This document shows positions 1 through 13,397 of a stretch of DNA of 64,000 nt, in pieces. Positions within the stretch are counted from its first letter, which is position 1; the number at the start of each line of letters is the position of its first letter. The position numbers and the translations under genes are program-made. Source of the stretch: Squalus acanthias. Lineage: Eukaryota. Where the stretch lies: positions 144,710,001 through 144,774,000 of the forward strand of contig CM059432.1 in assembly GCA_030390025.1 (NCBI GenBank). Direction: 5' to 3'. Below the pieces are notes generated by a model, which saw only the letters and a list, made by a program, of their open reading frames with translations, did no database searches and was not told the DNA's origin.

Positions 1-894
1 TCTTGAAAGGAAGAGTGATGAGTCAGATTATCTGAACACTGAGAGCAAGTCAGGCTGACTGATGGAGCCTTGAGGGCTGTTGGCATCAGAAAATTCATTA
101 AGCCTTACAAGAGAGACTTCCTTTTTAAGGCATTTAGACAACTTTAAATATATTTTTGCAGATACTTTGTTGAATGAAACTTCTTATTCAAGAACTGGGA
201 ATAAAATGTCTCTTCCTACATAAAGAAATGCAGTGAAAAAGCATCCTATAGACATTTTTGTCTGATGTAATTTTGTTAAAGCCAGAAAACATTTGACCCG
301 AATCATAGAAAATAGGAAGACACAGGACATGTATGTCAGGAGAGTCCTGTGAGGGAAGCTCTCTGTGAAATGAATGACGAGTAGTATAGAAGCTCGCGGA
401 GCATTCACTTCACCCAGTTTTCAACAGTGCAGAAGGAAAGGAACAAACTATACCCTGTACAGGAACAGAAGGAACAAATACTTGTGCAGAAGATTTTTGA
501 CAATAAAGGGGGAAAAAAAGACTGCATTCATATAGTGTCTTAAGTCATCAAAATGACTCCAAGCACTTTCACATAACAGGTAACGTTTAGAGTGCAATGG
601 CTTGCTAGTATCCTGCATCAGTAACATCCCACAAACAGCAATCAGGTGAAGAAGCTGTACATCTGTTTTCCCAGTGGTGTTGGTTGAAGGAGGATTACTG
701 GCCAGAGCAGCAGGAGATCTTTTCCCCAAGGAGTGCTGCAAGATCTTCACTGAACAGGCAGGTCGCACCATCCAGAGCCAGGATCACTGACTTTTTACTC
801 TTATCTAGGCTACTTGCTCAGAGAAATACTGCACTGATGTATAAATATCCTTAAAGGGAATGTGCCATCCACGTCAGGTTTCTCACCAGTGTTA

Positions 895-1305
895 AAGAAA
901 TAAAGATTTGCATTTATACAGCGCCTTTCACGACCTCAGGACGTCCCATCCCAAAGCGTTTTACAGCCAATGAAGTACTTTTGAAGTGTAGTCACTAGTG
1001 TAATGTAGGAAACATGGCAGCCAATTTGCACACAGCAAGCTCTCACAAACACCAATGTGATAATGACCAGATAATCTGTTTTAGTGATGTTGATTGAGGG
1101 ATAAATATTGGCCAGGGCACCGGGGAGAACCCCCCTGGCTCTTCTTCAAAATAGTGCCATGGGATCTTTTACGTCCACCTGAGTGAGCAGACGGGGCCTC
1201 GGTTTAACGTCTCATCCGAAAGACGGCACCTCCGACATTGCAGCATTCCCTCAGTACTGACACTGGAGTGTCAGCCTAGATTTTTGTGCTCGAGTCTCTG
1301 GGTGG
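895..1305 (-). mobile_element. Deu-domain SINE (SacSINE1/AmnSINE1-like) with L2-type 3' tail
   Basis: Minus strand contains the Deu core (GGAGGTGCCGTCTTTCGGATGAGACGTTAAACCGAGGCCCCGTCTG...GGTGGACGTAAAAGATCCCATGGCAC) and the tail AAGGCGCTGTATAAATGCAAA. Several related copies occur in the window. Confidence 0.85.
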
Positions 1306-1924
1306 AAGAGTTAGTTACCCCCAATGTTAATAGTGCAGTGCAATGTTGAAGTCACCTGCAGTGAGACACGGCAAGCGTGAGTGCGCAATGGATGACATGA
1401 TATCAGTGCTAAACAATGGAACTATTTTTTAACGTAATGTTAATACAATATTACACAGAGTTGGCTCATTTCATCCTGAATTCTAACTTAAAGCAAATAG
1501 GCAAAATTTGCCAAGATTGTCTTGGATCAAGTTGATAATTTTTTCCTCTCTGCCCATTAAGAGATTCTGGGGAAAAGAGAAAATCTTATCTAGACGTAAC
1601 CACCATTCCAAGCTGTCAAGCACATGTCCTAGACTCCACAAACTTCTTGGGGAAACTGCAGATTGAAGTGCTGGGGCTCCAAAGGCCAAAATGCCTACAG
1701 CTCCTGGGGTTCTCAGGCTTATTCGACAGTGCAATGTTTGAGACATGTTACATGCCTTGTTTGGTCGTTGAGCACAGTATACCATGATGCACAGTAGGCA
1801 CGCCCACGCAATGCCAGTGTCTCTGAATAAAGTGGCAGATGTGACTCACTGAGAAGCTCCAAGTATGTGTGGTGGCACAAAGAATACAAAAGGTGACATG
1901 GCAGGCATAGACTGGAAAGAAACT

Positions 1925-3436
1925 AAGGGAGAGAGGGAATAGAGTGAGAGGGAGAGTAACAAAGAGAGAGCGAGACAGAGGAGTAACAGAAAGGGGTGAG
2001 AGGGGCACGAGAGAGGGGCACGAGAGAGAAAGGGGGGGCGAGAGAGAGAGAGAGGGGGGGCGAGAGAGAGAGGGGGGGGCGAGAGAGAGAGGGGGGGCGA
2101 GAGAGAGAGGGGGGGGCGAGAGAGAGAGGGGGGGCGAGAGAGAGAGGGGGGGGCGAGAGAGAGAGGGGGGGGCGAGAGAGAGAGGGGGGGCGAGAGAGAG
2201 AGGGGGGCGAGAGAGAGAGGGGGGGCGAGAGAGAGAGGGGGGGCGAGAGAGAGAGGGGGGCGAGAGAGAGAGGGGGGGGCGAGAGAGAGGGGGGGGGCGA
2301 GAGAGAGAGAGGGGGGGGGCGAGAGAGAGAGAGGGGGGGGGCGAGAGAGAGAGAGGGGGGGGGGGCGAGAGAGAGAGAGGGGGGGGCGAGAGAGAGGGGG
2401 GGCGAGAGAGAGAGAGGGGGGGCGAGAGAGAGAGAGGGGGGGCGAGAGAGAGAGAGGGGGGGCGAGAGAGAGAGAGGGGGGGCGAGAGAGAGAGAGGGGG
2501 GGCGAGAGAGAGAGAGGGGGGGGCGAGAGAGAGAGAGGGGCGGCGAGAGAGAGAGAGGGGGGGCGAGAGAGAGAGAGGGCGGGGCGAGAGAGAGAGAGGG
2601 GGGGGCGAGAGAGAGAGAGGGGGGGCGAGAGAGAGAGAGGGGGGGGCGAGAGAGAGAGAGGGGGGGGCGAGAGAGAGAGAGGGGGGGCGAGAGAGAGAGA
2701 GGGGGGCGAGAGAGAGAGAGGGGGGGCGAGAGAGAGAGAGGGGGGCGAGAGAGAGAGAGGGGGGCGAGAGAGAGAGAGGGTGGGGGGCGAGAGAGAGAGA
2801 GGGGGGGCGAGAGAGAGAGAGGGGGGGCGAGAGAGAGAGGGGGGCGAGAGAGAGAGGGGGGGGGCGAGAGAGAGAGGGGGGGGGCGAGAGAGAGAGGGGG
2901 GGGCGAGAGAGAGGGAGCGAGAGAGAGAGGGGGCGAGAGAGAGAGGGGGGCGAGAGAGAGAGGGGGCGAGAGAGAGAGGGGGCGAGAGAGTGAGGGGGCG
3001 AGAGAGAGAGAGAGGGGGGCGAGAGAGAGAGAGAGGGGGCGAGAGAGAGAGAGGGGGCGAGAGAGAGAGAGAGGGGGCGAGAGAGAGAGAGAGGGGGCGA
3101 GAGAGAGAGAGAGGGGGCGAGAGAGAGAGAGAGGGGGCGAGAGAGAGAGAGAGGGGGCGAGAGAGAGAGAGAGGGGGCGAGAGAGAGAGAGAGGGGGCGA
3201 GAGAGAGAGAGAGGGGGCGAGAGAGAGAGAGAGGGGGCGAGAGAGAGAGGGGGCGAGAGAGAGAGAGAGAGGGGGCGAGAGAGAGAGAGAGAGGGGGCGA
3301 GAGAGAGAGAGAGAGGGGGCGAGAGAGAGAGAGAGGGGGCGAGAGAGAGAGAGAGGGGGCGAGAGAGAGAGAGAGGGGGCGAGAGAGAGAGAGAGAGAGA
3401 GAGAGAGGGGGCGAGAGAGAGAGAGAGGGGGCGAGG

Positions 3437-3467
<31 letters not shown>

Positions 3468-4140
3468 GGCGAGAGAGAGAGAGAGAGAGAGGGGGCGAGA
3501 GAGAGAGAGAGAGGGGGGGCGAGAGAGAGAGAGAGAGAGGGGGCGAGAGAGAGAGAGGGGGCGAGAGAGAGAGAGGGGGCGAGAGAGAGAGAGGGGGGGC
3601 GAGAGAGAGAGGGGGAGGGGGCCGAGAGAGGGAGAGAGCCGAGAGAGAAAGGGAGGGGGCCGAGAGAGAGGGAGTGAGGGGGTCGAGAGAGAGGGAGTGA
3701 GGGGGCCGAGAGAGAGAGGGGGTGAGGGGGGCGAGAGAGAGGGGGTGGGGGGGGGCGAGAGAGAGAGGGGGAGGGGGGCGAGAGAGAGAGGGGGAGGGGG
3801 AGAGGGAAAGAGGGGGCGAAAGAGAGAGGGAGGGGGCGAAAGAGAGAGGGAGGGGGCGAGAGAGGGAGGGGGGCGAGAGAGGGAGGGGGCGCGAGAGAGG
3901 GAGGGGGAGGGGGCGAGAGAGAGAGGGGGAGGGGGCGAGAGAGAGAGGGGGAGGGGGCGAGAGAGAGAGGGGGCGAGAGAGAGAGAGGGAGGGGGCGAGA
4001 GAGAGAGAGGGAGGGGGCGAGAGAGAGAGAGGGAGGAGCGAAAGAGAGAGAGGGAGAGAGAGAGAGAGGGAGGGGGTGGAGAGAGAGAGAGGGAGGGGGC
4101 AAGAGGGGGAGGGGACGAGAGAGAGAGAGGGAGGGAGGGG

Positions 4141-4181
<41 letters not shown>

Positions 4182-4245
4182 GAGAGAATGAGAGAGAGAG
4201 GCGAGAGGGAATAGGAAGTAGATAAAAAGGGGAGAGAAAGAGAGT
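1925..4245 (+). repeat. Polypurine minisatellite, unit about G(4-10)C(GA)n, 2.3 kb, degenerating toward 4245
   Basis: Directly visible tandem units such as gggggggcgagagagaga. The + strand is almost only G and A, with single Cs. Confidence 0.97.
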
Positions 4246-5852
4246 GAATGGTAATGGTAATGCTAATACATATACGTTTTCTCCCCAATTTCTTTTTGCC
4301 ACTTGTGGTCTCCACACCTGCCCTGCTGCTTGGCACCTCCACAGCTCCTTGCCCTTCATAAAATCAACTCAGGAATCACAGGTGTGAACCTATGTCATTC
4401 CACTGTATAGCAAACCTGCAGTGAAATAGCAATATGCAGTACCACTGTGCCTCAAATATAGATGTCCTATTCCCCATATTCCATGGTCACTGCCCAAACC
4501 CGTCCCAAAGAATTGACAGGTGTATCCCATCTAATGCGACGAGAGCCACGCCCTCAGAAGCATTAAAGTAGGCGGGAGTTCTATGAGAGATGGTTTCATG
4601 AACATATCATTAATCTTGTAGTATTTGTAAATCTGATGAGTTTTGTTGGATATTGCTCATTTGAATAATAAGTGAAAGTGAAGAGATCAACAGGAAACTA
4701 CACGACTATGCGGTGATGCAAGTGATATAATTTGCCATGTATTAATATCAGCACTAACATCTGCAACACTTATGGCTACACAATCCAAGTACCTGTCATT
4801 CGAACAGTGGGATTACAAAACTTTGTTCTGGATCTATGCAATATCCTATAGTACCACAACAGAGCTTAAATGAAATAACTACCAGCAAAGACAGAAGTAT
4901 ATCTTCCATTTAAAGTCAGTTACCTGATGCAAGTGGTGATCACTTTAATTCAGTGCGTTTGTTAATGGACAGATTTGGACTGCCTACTATAGACCATCAA
5001 TAAGACAACAGCCACGGAACGTGGTCCCGTTTGACTGTGACATTAACTACACGGCTTCTGCTTTCAGACAGCAGTTCTTTGTGGAGAGTGGATGAGTTCC
5101 GAGAACACAGCAGTAGCACCAATTGTGGAAAGAGTTGGCCAATCTCTGGTTTTGTACTTTGGATGAGTAGTGGATGTGGAACATGCAAAAGCAGTTGACG
5201 TGTTGACTAATTCCTTCAAAAAAAAAGGGGAGCTGAACATATCCGGTTGGAAACTGGATTGAAGATTATCAGAACTGAGACATCAAATATCCCACAGGAC
5301 AGTGCTTTTGTGCGACTGTAACAGAGGATTGTTGTCATTGGAGAGCAGGGTTTAAGAGTAGCACTGTGAAGATGCATAAAGGTTCTGCAGTTTTACTAGA
5401 CTAGCTTTGGGGATCAGGGAGTATTTATGCAGAACTTTCTCTTGAGAAATTAAGTTGATGCAATGTCACGATACACTATGCATGATCTGTGGAAAGGGGA
5501 TGCTCGATGGGCCAAATAACCATTTCTTGACCTATTGGCTTATGCTCTATGAAAATGTTTTTCAGGTGCTGCTAACGGATGTTTTTATTTGCACTATACT
5601 GCAGTTCTCATTTAAACAGAATGTGACAACTGTGATTTCTGTAAATTATAAATGGATATAGTTCAATCAGAATTTTTATTAAATGGAAATAAAAACTCTA
5701 CTTAAGAAAAGCCATATTTAGAAATAACTACCCAGCAAAGAACTCAATGCCATTTGGAGAACATCTGCAGCATCAAATGGTTGGCAAAAGAGTTCATGAA
5801 GGAACATCCCTGCAGGTAGATCATGCATTCTACATCTTTGCAAGGCACTTAC

Positions 5853-6035
5853 TAGTTCATGGGTATCCTGCATCAGTGGTAGAAATGTAGCCTCCAGTAT
5901 GGTCATCTGATCTTTGCCCAAGTCTTGCCACAGGCCAATCAACTGGACCATCAGCTTGGTGCCGCTCTTCAGCCTGGTAAAGGCTTGGTACAGGTTGGCC
6001 TGATTTTCTTCTGCAGCATCAGCTAGAGCTGTAAG
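5853..6035 (-). CDS. BBS9: Internal coding exon of Bardet-Biedl syndrome 9 (PTHB1, BBSome core subunit), C-terminal helical region
   Basis: Minus strand has a polypyrimidine acceptor (ttctgttgcatttgtttcag|) and a consensus donor (|gtaagt). The exon is 183 bp, 61 codons, phase 0-0 and open: LTALADAAEENQANLYQAFTRLKSGTKLMVQLIGLWQDLGKDQMTILEATFLPLMQDTHEL. This matches the recalled human BBS9 segment VIALADAVEENQGNLFQSFTRLKSATHLVILLIALWQKLSADQVAILEAAFLPLQEDTQEL. Flanking exons were not seen in the window. Confidence 0.93.
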
Positions 6036-6599
6036 CTGAAACAAATGCAACAGAAATTATTTCTATCATATTTATTATAATAAACTTAAAAAAATATATA
6101 CTACTTGTCTCAAGGGTCCCATTAAAAAAAACTGGCAACGTTGCATGGAAAGGGGAAAGAAACGCTGCTGATCTGGATCATTTCAATAGTTCTCTCACAG
6201 TCAGAATCCTCTGGCCAATTTCCTGAACTGTGTTAGTGAGAAATCCCCTTCACAACACTGAACGCTACTCATCACCTGGCTGGTTACTGTTTCCATCTCT
6301 CTGCTTGGCTTTTGATGTGTCCATGGACGGTGGAGGAGCTGGCCAGCAGCCTACTCTGGGAATCAGGTTATTTTAATAGGCCCCACTAAGGCTGTTGTTT
6401 CTGGGAAAGATGTCAACAGGCAGGACGTCAAATGCTGCCACCTGATATGGTGTTGTCACCTGGATCCGGCACATTACGGCTCAACGTGGATCACCACACA
6501 CACAGCACATCATTAGATTTTCGAAAACAACTTATTTTTTGCTTGCTTTTAGCTTTACAAACATCAGGAAAGGTCCCATTGAATGGAACAAAGAAGGGT

Positions 6600-6890
6600 A
6601 CGGTAGAGCAGTGGTTATGAAATTTGACCAGCAGCCCAGAAGCCATGAGCTCAAATCGCAACATAGCAAGAGTTATGAAACTGAATCCAATACTAGACAA
6701 ATGAGTGTGAAAGCTGCTGTTTTGTTGCAAAAACCCAATTGGTTTAGCAATGCCCTTCAGATAAGGGAAGGGACGAGAACCTACCACCCCTACCCAGTCT
6801 GGCCTACATGTGACTCCAGCCCGGCCTACATGTGACTCCAGCCCCATATTATCTGGCTGACTCGTAATGCCTTGCCAATGTTGCTCACAT
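6600..6890 (+). mobile_element. Degenerate tRNA-derived SINE with an internal 22-bp tandem duplication (6801-6844)
   Basis: B-box-like gagctcaaatcgca and a body resembling a common shark SINE. ggcctacatgtgactccagccc occurs twice in tandem. Confidence 0.55.
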
Positions 6891-7856
6891 TCCAAAGACA
6901 GATTCTCTGCAGGACATCCATAGATGTTTCACATTAAAAACTACTCGCGTGTAGTTTGGAGTTAAACTTCTTACTGCCTAGTACCACTTTAAAGTGGACT
7001 ACAAATGAATGCAGTTCAAATCTGCCTTGTACGCTGAACCCTTTTTACCACCATAGAAGTCACAGTCATGTAGCTGATTGGGAATTTGACCACATCTGGT
7101 GCAAGAACATTGCTGGAACACGGTTGTTAGCGTATGGGACAGACTGCCACGTAGCAACAGGAAACGACACAACTGTCTATCAGTGTTCAAAGAAGAAATG
7201 GCAGATTCCGGAGTTAGTAAGGAGCAGTGGTAACAAACGAGGAGTGGAAAGAAAATCATCTGGACACCTGCTGCATGACCACCTAAAGAATGAGCGATAT
7301 AAATAGGCTGAATGGTCTTTGGTAGTTTCCAGATTCTTACGATGCGGGTGAATGTATAGTGCAACTTAGAAAATTGATTGGATAAACTTGATTTGATCTG
7401 AATGGGATCCCCAGTTCAAATAAGTGGATTAAAATTTCAGGAAGATCAGACAATCTACATAACGTATTATATCAGCACAGAAATCCATCCAGCATCACAA
7501 TCATAATCAAGCTACTGGTCTTAACTCTAATATAATCAAAATTTCAAATATTGATGTACTACATTTTGTATGTTTTGAAATAGATATGACCATTAGTATT
7601 TAAAACACAACTGGTCTGTTGATCAATGTGACATTTGTGGCATTTTGTACAAAAAGCCGAGCTACAAAAGTAACAAGGAATAAGGAGCTAACAAACCCCA
7701 AAAGAAAGCTTAAAAGGACAATTAAAGCAGAAGTGGCTTATGTCGAACATTGTCCAATATAGTTAATGGCCCTTTAATCAAAACTACACAATATTTTACT
7801 CGCGGTTAGATGAATGACACGAAAATGTTGATGAAGCCATGAAGTCAAAAATGAGA

Positions 7857-7957
7857 AATAACAACAGAAAACGCTGGAAAAACTCAGCAAGCCAGGCAAC
7901 ATCCGTGGAGAGAGAAACAGAGTTAACGTTTCAGGTCGAAACCCTTCGTCAGAAATG
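7857..7957 (-). mobile_element. Penelope-like family B mini-element (hammerhead plus 3' end, tail-less), 14-bp TSD
   Basis: TSD agtcaaaaatgaga at 7843-7856 and 7958-7971. Minus strand reads TTCTGACGAAGGGTTTCGACCTGAAACGTTAACTCTG..., homologous to the 3' end of the PLE at 13398-14458. Confidence 0.85.
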
Positions 7958-9829
7958 AGTCAAAAATGAGATTGGGTCGCTGGGGGAGAAGTTTTTGCTG
8001 AGCTGGGAATTTACCGACAGGGATAACAGGATCTGATTGAAGCTTAAGAATGTCCACTAGTGGAAGATCAGTAACTTGGGTAAACTGTGGAAACTTGAAA
8101 TGCTAAACCAGGAACCTGCAGCAAGTCTGAGAATCAATCCTTGGATTCTGTGCTTCAATAAGGCTCATAAGCTGGCCAAGCTGATCCACAATGACGAGTG
8201 TAACCAGGTAGGATTCCTTGTACTGTAATGCAGTGGGGCAAACCAGTTCGCACTGACATACTAAAACCATTTGATTATGAAGACTAGAAGCTCTAATTAG
8301 TTTCAGAACATGAGCAGGGCAGAGAAACACATGTCCCATGGCAAAAATATAACCACAACATCCTCACACTCATTTCTCAACAGACTTATAAAATTCACAC
8401 ATTGAGCCCACCTCAGAAGGATCTGAGACAGTTCAGAACTACTGATAAGCCACCAGGAATTTACAACCTGCATAACATTATTGAAAATACATAACAGGTA
8501 GGGGAAGTTGAAGGGCCCAACACAATCCCCCTATTTAGATAACAAGCTAACATCAGTTGAACTTTTCTCTTGTTTTTTTGAGCATCTACTGATCTCATTA
8601 CCACCGTGTAAATCCCTTTGACTCGCCCATTGTTCTGTATGTACTTTATAGCCTAAACTTCTGTACCAAAAATATTAGTAGGGTCAAACTGAGTGCAAAG
8701 CCCCCCAGAATCATTGAGTACATTGTCTGTGAGACCTGTATTGTTCTCTAGGATTAGGAATCAGTTACACAGTCACTGAAGGAGGCTTCCAGCCATTTTA
8801 ACTGCCTGCCTAACCACTGAATCTTTATTCCATGCGATCTGTTTGTGAAAAAGGCTTAGCTTTAGTTCAAATGAAGTGAAATGCATCTGTAAATCTTGGC
8901 ATTAAATTGATTAAACTGTAGTACTATCAAACTAAATCAAGTGCAGGTCGGAAACCTGCAACACCTCCATTAGATATCAGATGATAGAGGAAAATTATAC
9001 CCTCCTGTTTCAGGGCTTAGGCACAACTCCAACTTTGTGTCATTGTCAGTGGCAATGCTGACTGGTGCCAGGTTAGCATACACAGATCAAAGTCGCAATG
9101 GCAGGGAAGTCAAAATTTGTATGTAAAAGATCTCAAGTGCTTTGAAAAATTATTCAAAGTACGCCAGCAGAATTAGACCCCTGTGAGAAAGCAGCTCGTA
9201 CACAGATGGGAAAGAGAATCCTAATCCTCAACCAAATGTTTCTAACTCCAACATTTCTTTCTGTTGCTCTTCAGAGCAGTTCGACAATTATAAATAACAC
9301 TTTACAAAGTCTTCCTTAACATGGCTTACTAATAGACATCTTTTTGTCCTTTGATAATCTGAAGGTGAAGGCAGTAGGTATATGGTATGTGATCATTTCG
9401 CTATCCCCCCAGGGAATACACTCATTCTTGGTGGCGATGGGAGGTTAGCGTTCCCAATTACGGAAGATACAAATCACAAGTTTTATGACTCATTTGTGTA
9501 TCAGTAAAATGACTCTTGTGACTCACTGTTCTGATTCCTTGACTGTTCGGGTCACCATTAACTTCACTTCTCCAGCCCTTTCCCCGGAATCATCAGCATT
9601 CCCCGTTTAACCAAATAGATTTTTAAAACAACACAAAGTGATTCCAGAAAGAAATAAAAGAATATTGGAGCTTATCATAATTCTTTGCATTACATTTTCT
9701 TAAAAAGGTATTGCACAGCAAGATTGCTTCATTAAGCAGATCAACACAACAAACCTTATTTTTAAAAAGTTTTTTTTTAAAGTGTATTTGCGCCCACATT
9801 GATGAGTGCATATTGGTGCAAGAAAAAAG

Positions 9830-10135
9830 CCTTTCATAGCCTTTCACGACCTCAGGACATCCCAAAGCGCATTACAGTCAATGAAGTACTTTTGAAGTGT
9901 AGTCACTGTTGTAATGTAGGAAACACGGCAGCCAATTTGAGCACAGCAAGATCCCACAAACAGCAACAAAATAAATGGCCAGATAATCTATTTTAGGTGT
10001 TGGTTGAGGGATAAATGTTGGCTAAGACACATGGGGATCGCCCCAGCTCTTTTTCAAACAGTGCCATGGGATCTTTTACGTCCACCTGAGAGGACAGACG
10101 GAGTCTCGGTTTAACGTCTCATCTGGATGACGGAT
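9830..10135 (-). mobile_element. Deu-domain SINE, partial
   Basis: Near-colinear with 895-1230. Confidence 0.85.
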
Positions 10136-11334
10136 TGGTGCGTGTCTGAGAATGTGTTCTGGAAAAAAGTGAGACTTTGGTGTGAAAACTTGCGATAATT
10201 TAGAAAACAAGTCCATGTGAATATTTGATCACAAACAGGGGATTTAACACATGAGCATTCCTTAAACTGACTAATGTTGAAGGATTATAATAAGATCTCC
10301 ACTATAGCTTGCTGCAAGGTACAAATGCCTCAAATTAATCTTAAAATAAGTATCCAATGAACCTTCTCTGTTATTCTACTTTTATCTATAGATATTAGTG
10401 AAATGCTGTAAGAAACAGTAGCATGCAGAATTTTTTTCAAGGTAAATTTTAAATTTACCCTCATTCCTTCTAAAGGTCATTGATTATTAAAATTATTTTT
10501 TACTTGTAAGTAATGTTGGTAGCACATCTTTCACCCACCTTACTCTGGTAGTGACCAATATGATGAGCTCACTATAAAATTGTAGGTCGATGCAATGGCA
10601 TTGTGTTGCAAGATGGTAAGCATGGCAGAAATTTTAATCTATTTTTTGTTTTGTTTATGATAACTACTCTTAATCCAAATTATCTGACTTTTTAAGCTCT
10701 AAATTGCTACTTTGTTGCATTATATATGTTGGTTTATTCAAATTATTGGATAATGCAAAATATTTCCGGCACAAAAAAATGATTTTGAATGATCAGGAGT
10801 GGACTGTAACAGAATTACAATATAAGCTGAACTCCATCAACGATTTGCATCATAAATACACCGTGTTGTGTGGTTATCAACTATACCCACCAGGAGCTTT
10901 CATGTTTGGCCCGTGCTCAGTTACAGACAGGGTAGCGGATCGCTAAAACAGGACCAAGCAGCCACAGGTCAGGGTGGGGCTGGGGAGGAATCAGTTAGCA
11001 TTTCCCCCCCCCCCCCCCGGTGTGCTCCACTGACTTTGCTGGAAAGTACCACGGACTCGGTTATGATGCTCACCGTAGTCGATTAACCTGTTGACACTAT
11101 CTGGGCTTACACATAAGAAATGGCAGCGTGTGGGCGCGGTACTTCAGCACGCCTGTCTCCTTTGAAACTGTACCCCAGCGAGAGTCACTATATTCAGGTG
11201 ATGTGTCGTGAGAAAAAAAGAATTACTTCTCCCATTAACAATAAAATATTGCAGTGCACTTTTTGTTTCAGTAACTCTAAATACAGTTTGGTAACTTGAT
11301 TTTAGTTTGCATGACAAAGTTACAAAGTATTACA

Positions 11335-12297
11335 AATTATTTATAGCACAGAAACACGCCATTCAGCTCAACAGGTCCATGCCAGTGTTTATGCTCCACA
11401 CAAGCCTCCTCCCACCCTTCTTCATTTCACCATATCAACATATTTTCCTATTTCTATTTCTTTATCCCTCATGTGGATGTCTTGCTGCAGTTGTACAGGG
11501 CCTTGGTAAGACCACATCTTGAGTATTATGTGCAGTTTTGGTCGCCTTATCGGAGGAAGGAGGTTCTTGCCATGGAAGGAGTTCAGCGAAGATTCACCAG
11601 GCTGATACCTGGGATGGCAGGAATGACGTATGGAGAGAGATTGGGTCGATTAGGCTTATACTCGCTGGAGTTTAGAAGAATGAGAGGGGATCTCATTGAA
11701 ACTTATAAAATTCTGACAGGACTGGACAGACTAGATGCAGGAAGGATGTTCCCGATGGTCGGGGAGTCCAGAACCAGGGGTCACAGTCTAAGGATAAGGG
11801 GTAAGCCATTTAGGACAGAAATGAGGAGGAATTTCTTCACCCAGAGGGTGGTGAACCTGTGGAATTCACTACCACAAAAGGCAGTAGAGGTCAATTCATT
11901 AAATATATTCAAGAAGGAGTCGGATATATTTCTTAAGGCTAAAGGGATCAAGGGATATGGGGAGAAAGCAGGGACAGGGTTCTGAATTTGGATGATCAGC
12001 CATGATCGCATTGAATGGCGGAGCAGGCTAGAGGGGCCGAATGGCCTACTCCTGCTCCTATCTTCTATGTGCTTATCTAGCTTCCCCTTAAATGCATCTA
12101 GGTTAGTCTATGTGGTAGCGAGTTCCACATTCTAACCACTCTCTGGGTAAACAAGTTTCTCCTGCATTCCCTATTGGATTCATTATATTTATGACCCCTA
12201 GTTTTGGTCTCGCTCGCAAGTTGAAACATCTTCTCGATGTCTACCCTATCAATTCCTTTCATCATTTATTTTAGAGACCTCCATCAGGTCACCCCTC
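11335..12297 (-). mobile_element. CR1-like LINE 3' fragment (family with gcacagaaacaggccattc end), interrupted by a nested CR1
   Basis: Homologous to 20540-20705, 21745-22140 and 27705-27985. Split at about 11473/12072. Confidence 0.7.
11474..12071 (+). mobile_element. CR1 LINE 3' fragment (ORF2 C-terminus plus 3' UTR), nested insertion
   Basis: ORF LYRALVRPHLEY..QFWSP...LYSLEFRRMRGDLIETYKI...RTRGHSL...FFTQRVVNLWNSLP is the CR1 ORF2 C-terminus. Ends in ...ctcctatcttctatgt. Confidence 0.92.
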
Positions 12298-12545
12298 ATA
12301 AATGAGAGTGTTGAGAATGTGGAACTCGCTACCACATGGAGTAGTTGAGGCGAATAGCATAGATACATTTAAGGAGAAACTAGATAAGTACAGGAGGGAG
12401 AAAGGAATAGAAGGATATGTTAATAAGGTGAGATGAAGTAAGGTGGGAGGAGGCTCGTGTGGAGCATACACACCGGCATAGACCAGTTGGATCAAATGGC
12501 CTGTTTCTGTGCTGTAAAATTCCATGTAATTCTATGTAATATGTA
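12298..12545 (+). mobile_element. CR1-like LINE 3' fragment, opposite orientation to the adjacent copy
   Basis: gtggaactcgctacca...gagaaaggaatagaaggata...atgtaattctatgtaa tail. Confidence 0.75.
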
Positions 12546-13397
12546 AAAATAATATTTTTGCAAACTGAAAAAGGCTCAAAGATAAACTTCTTAATCAAAG
12601 TATTAAATAATTTGTTATAAAGCAGATTATGATAAACTTAATGATACAGTGTTAAGGTTTCAGATTTATTAAATACAGAATTGCAATACTATTTCAGTTT
12701 TCCATGTCCCAAACTATACACTGGTCTGAACGGTTTCTAATCTTGGCTTTGCCACTGAAATCTTTGGGCTGCCAGTGGCAATAGCCTAGTAATGTTGGCT
12801 ATAAATGACAACAGACCACCTAAAAGTGTTGGCCCTGCATTGGTTTTGCTTCACATCAGTAGCAGTATAACTGTGCCAATGTACAACTCTCCTTATTAAA
12901 AAGAAAGCCCTTGTTCACCAACATTTAAATACTATCATCTAGTCAACAGAAAACTCATTGCAATTGGAAATGAGAGAGTAGTGTTCCATACATGTTTTTG
13001 CGTGTACATACCAAACTGTGCCAATCCACTCTTTCCTTAACATTGCCAATATGAAGTATACATTTAGCTTTCTCCTACATCACTGCTCAAACGACCTCTG
13101 GACTGCATTAGCTCCTCATTGCCAGCATACATTGAAGTTAACACGCACACACTTTCCATTTTCCACTGGACACAGACAAATGTATTGACAAAGTTTCTGA
13201 AACAGCATTTTCATTGGAGATTTTGCTGGAAAGGGATAAAATGTTTATGAAACCTTAGCTATGTTGACTTAAACAGATATGTCAAAAAAAAACCCGAAAC
13301 AAATGCCTCTATACAATTGGATTTGGAACAAATCCTTTGTAAACCACAGGAATCTCACAGCCCATTCACACTGCATCCATCAAACTTGGAATAAATT

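Noticed and set aside
1483..1785. 100-aa minus-strand ORF as a possible next BBS9 exon
   Set aside because: It does not match the expected downstream BBS9 sequence (GWEETVDAAI...) and lacks a canonical donor.
1748..4359. Long ORFs of 300-860 aa (Ser/Leu/Pro-rich and Arg/Glu/Gly-rich)
   Set aside because: They are translations of a stop-free minisatellite in several frames on both strands, not genes.
6029..6035. Alternative acceptor (cttacag) 7 nt into the BBS9 exon
   Set aside because: It would shift the frame. The upstream AG gives the conserved 183-bp phase 0 exon.
11335..12545. Divergent CR1 pair as a single fold-back insertion
   Set aside because: The copies differ substantially and no shared TSD was found. 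Independent insertions are more likely.
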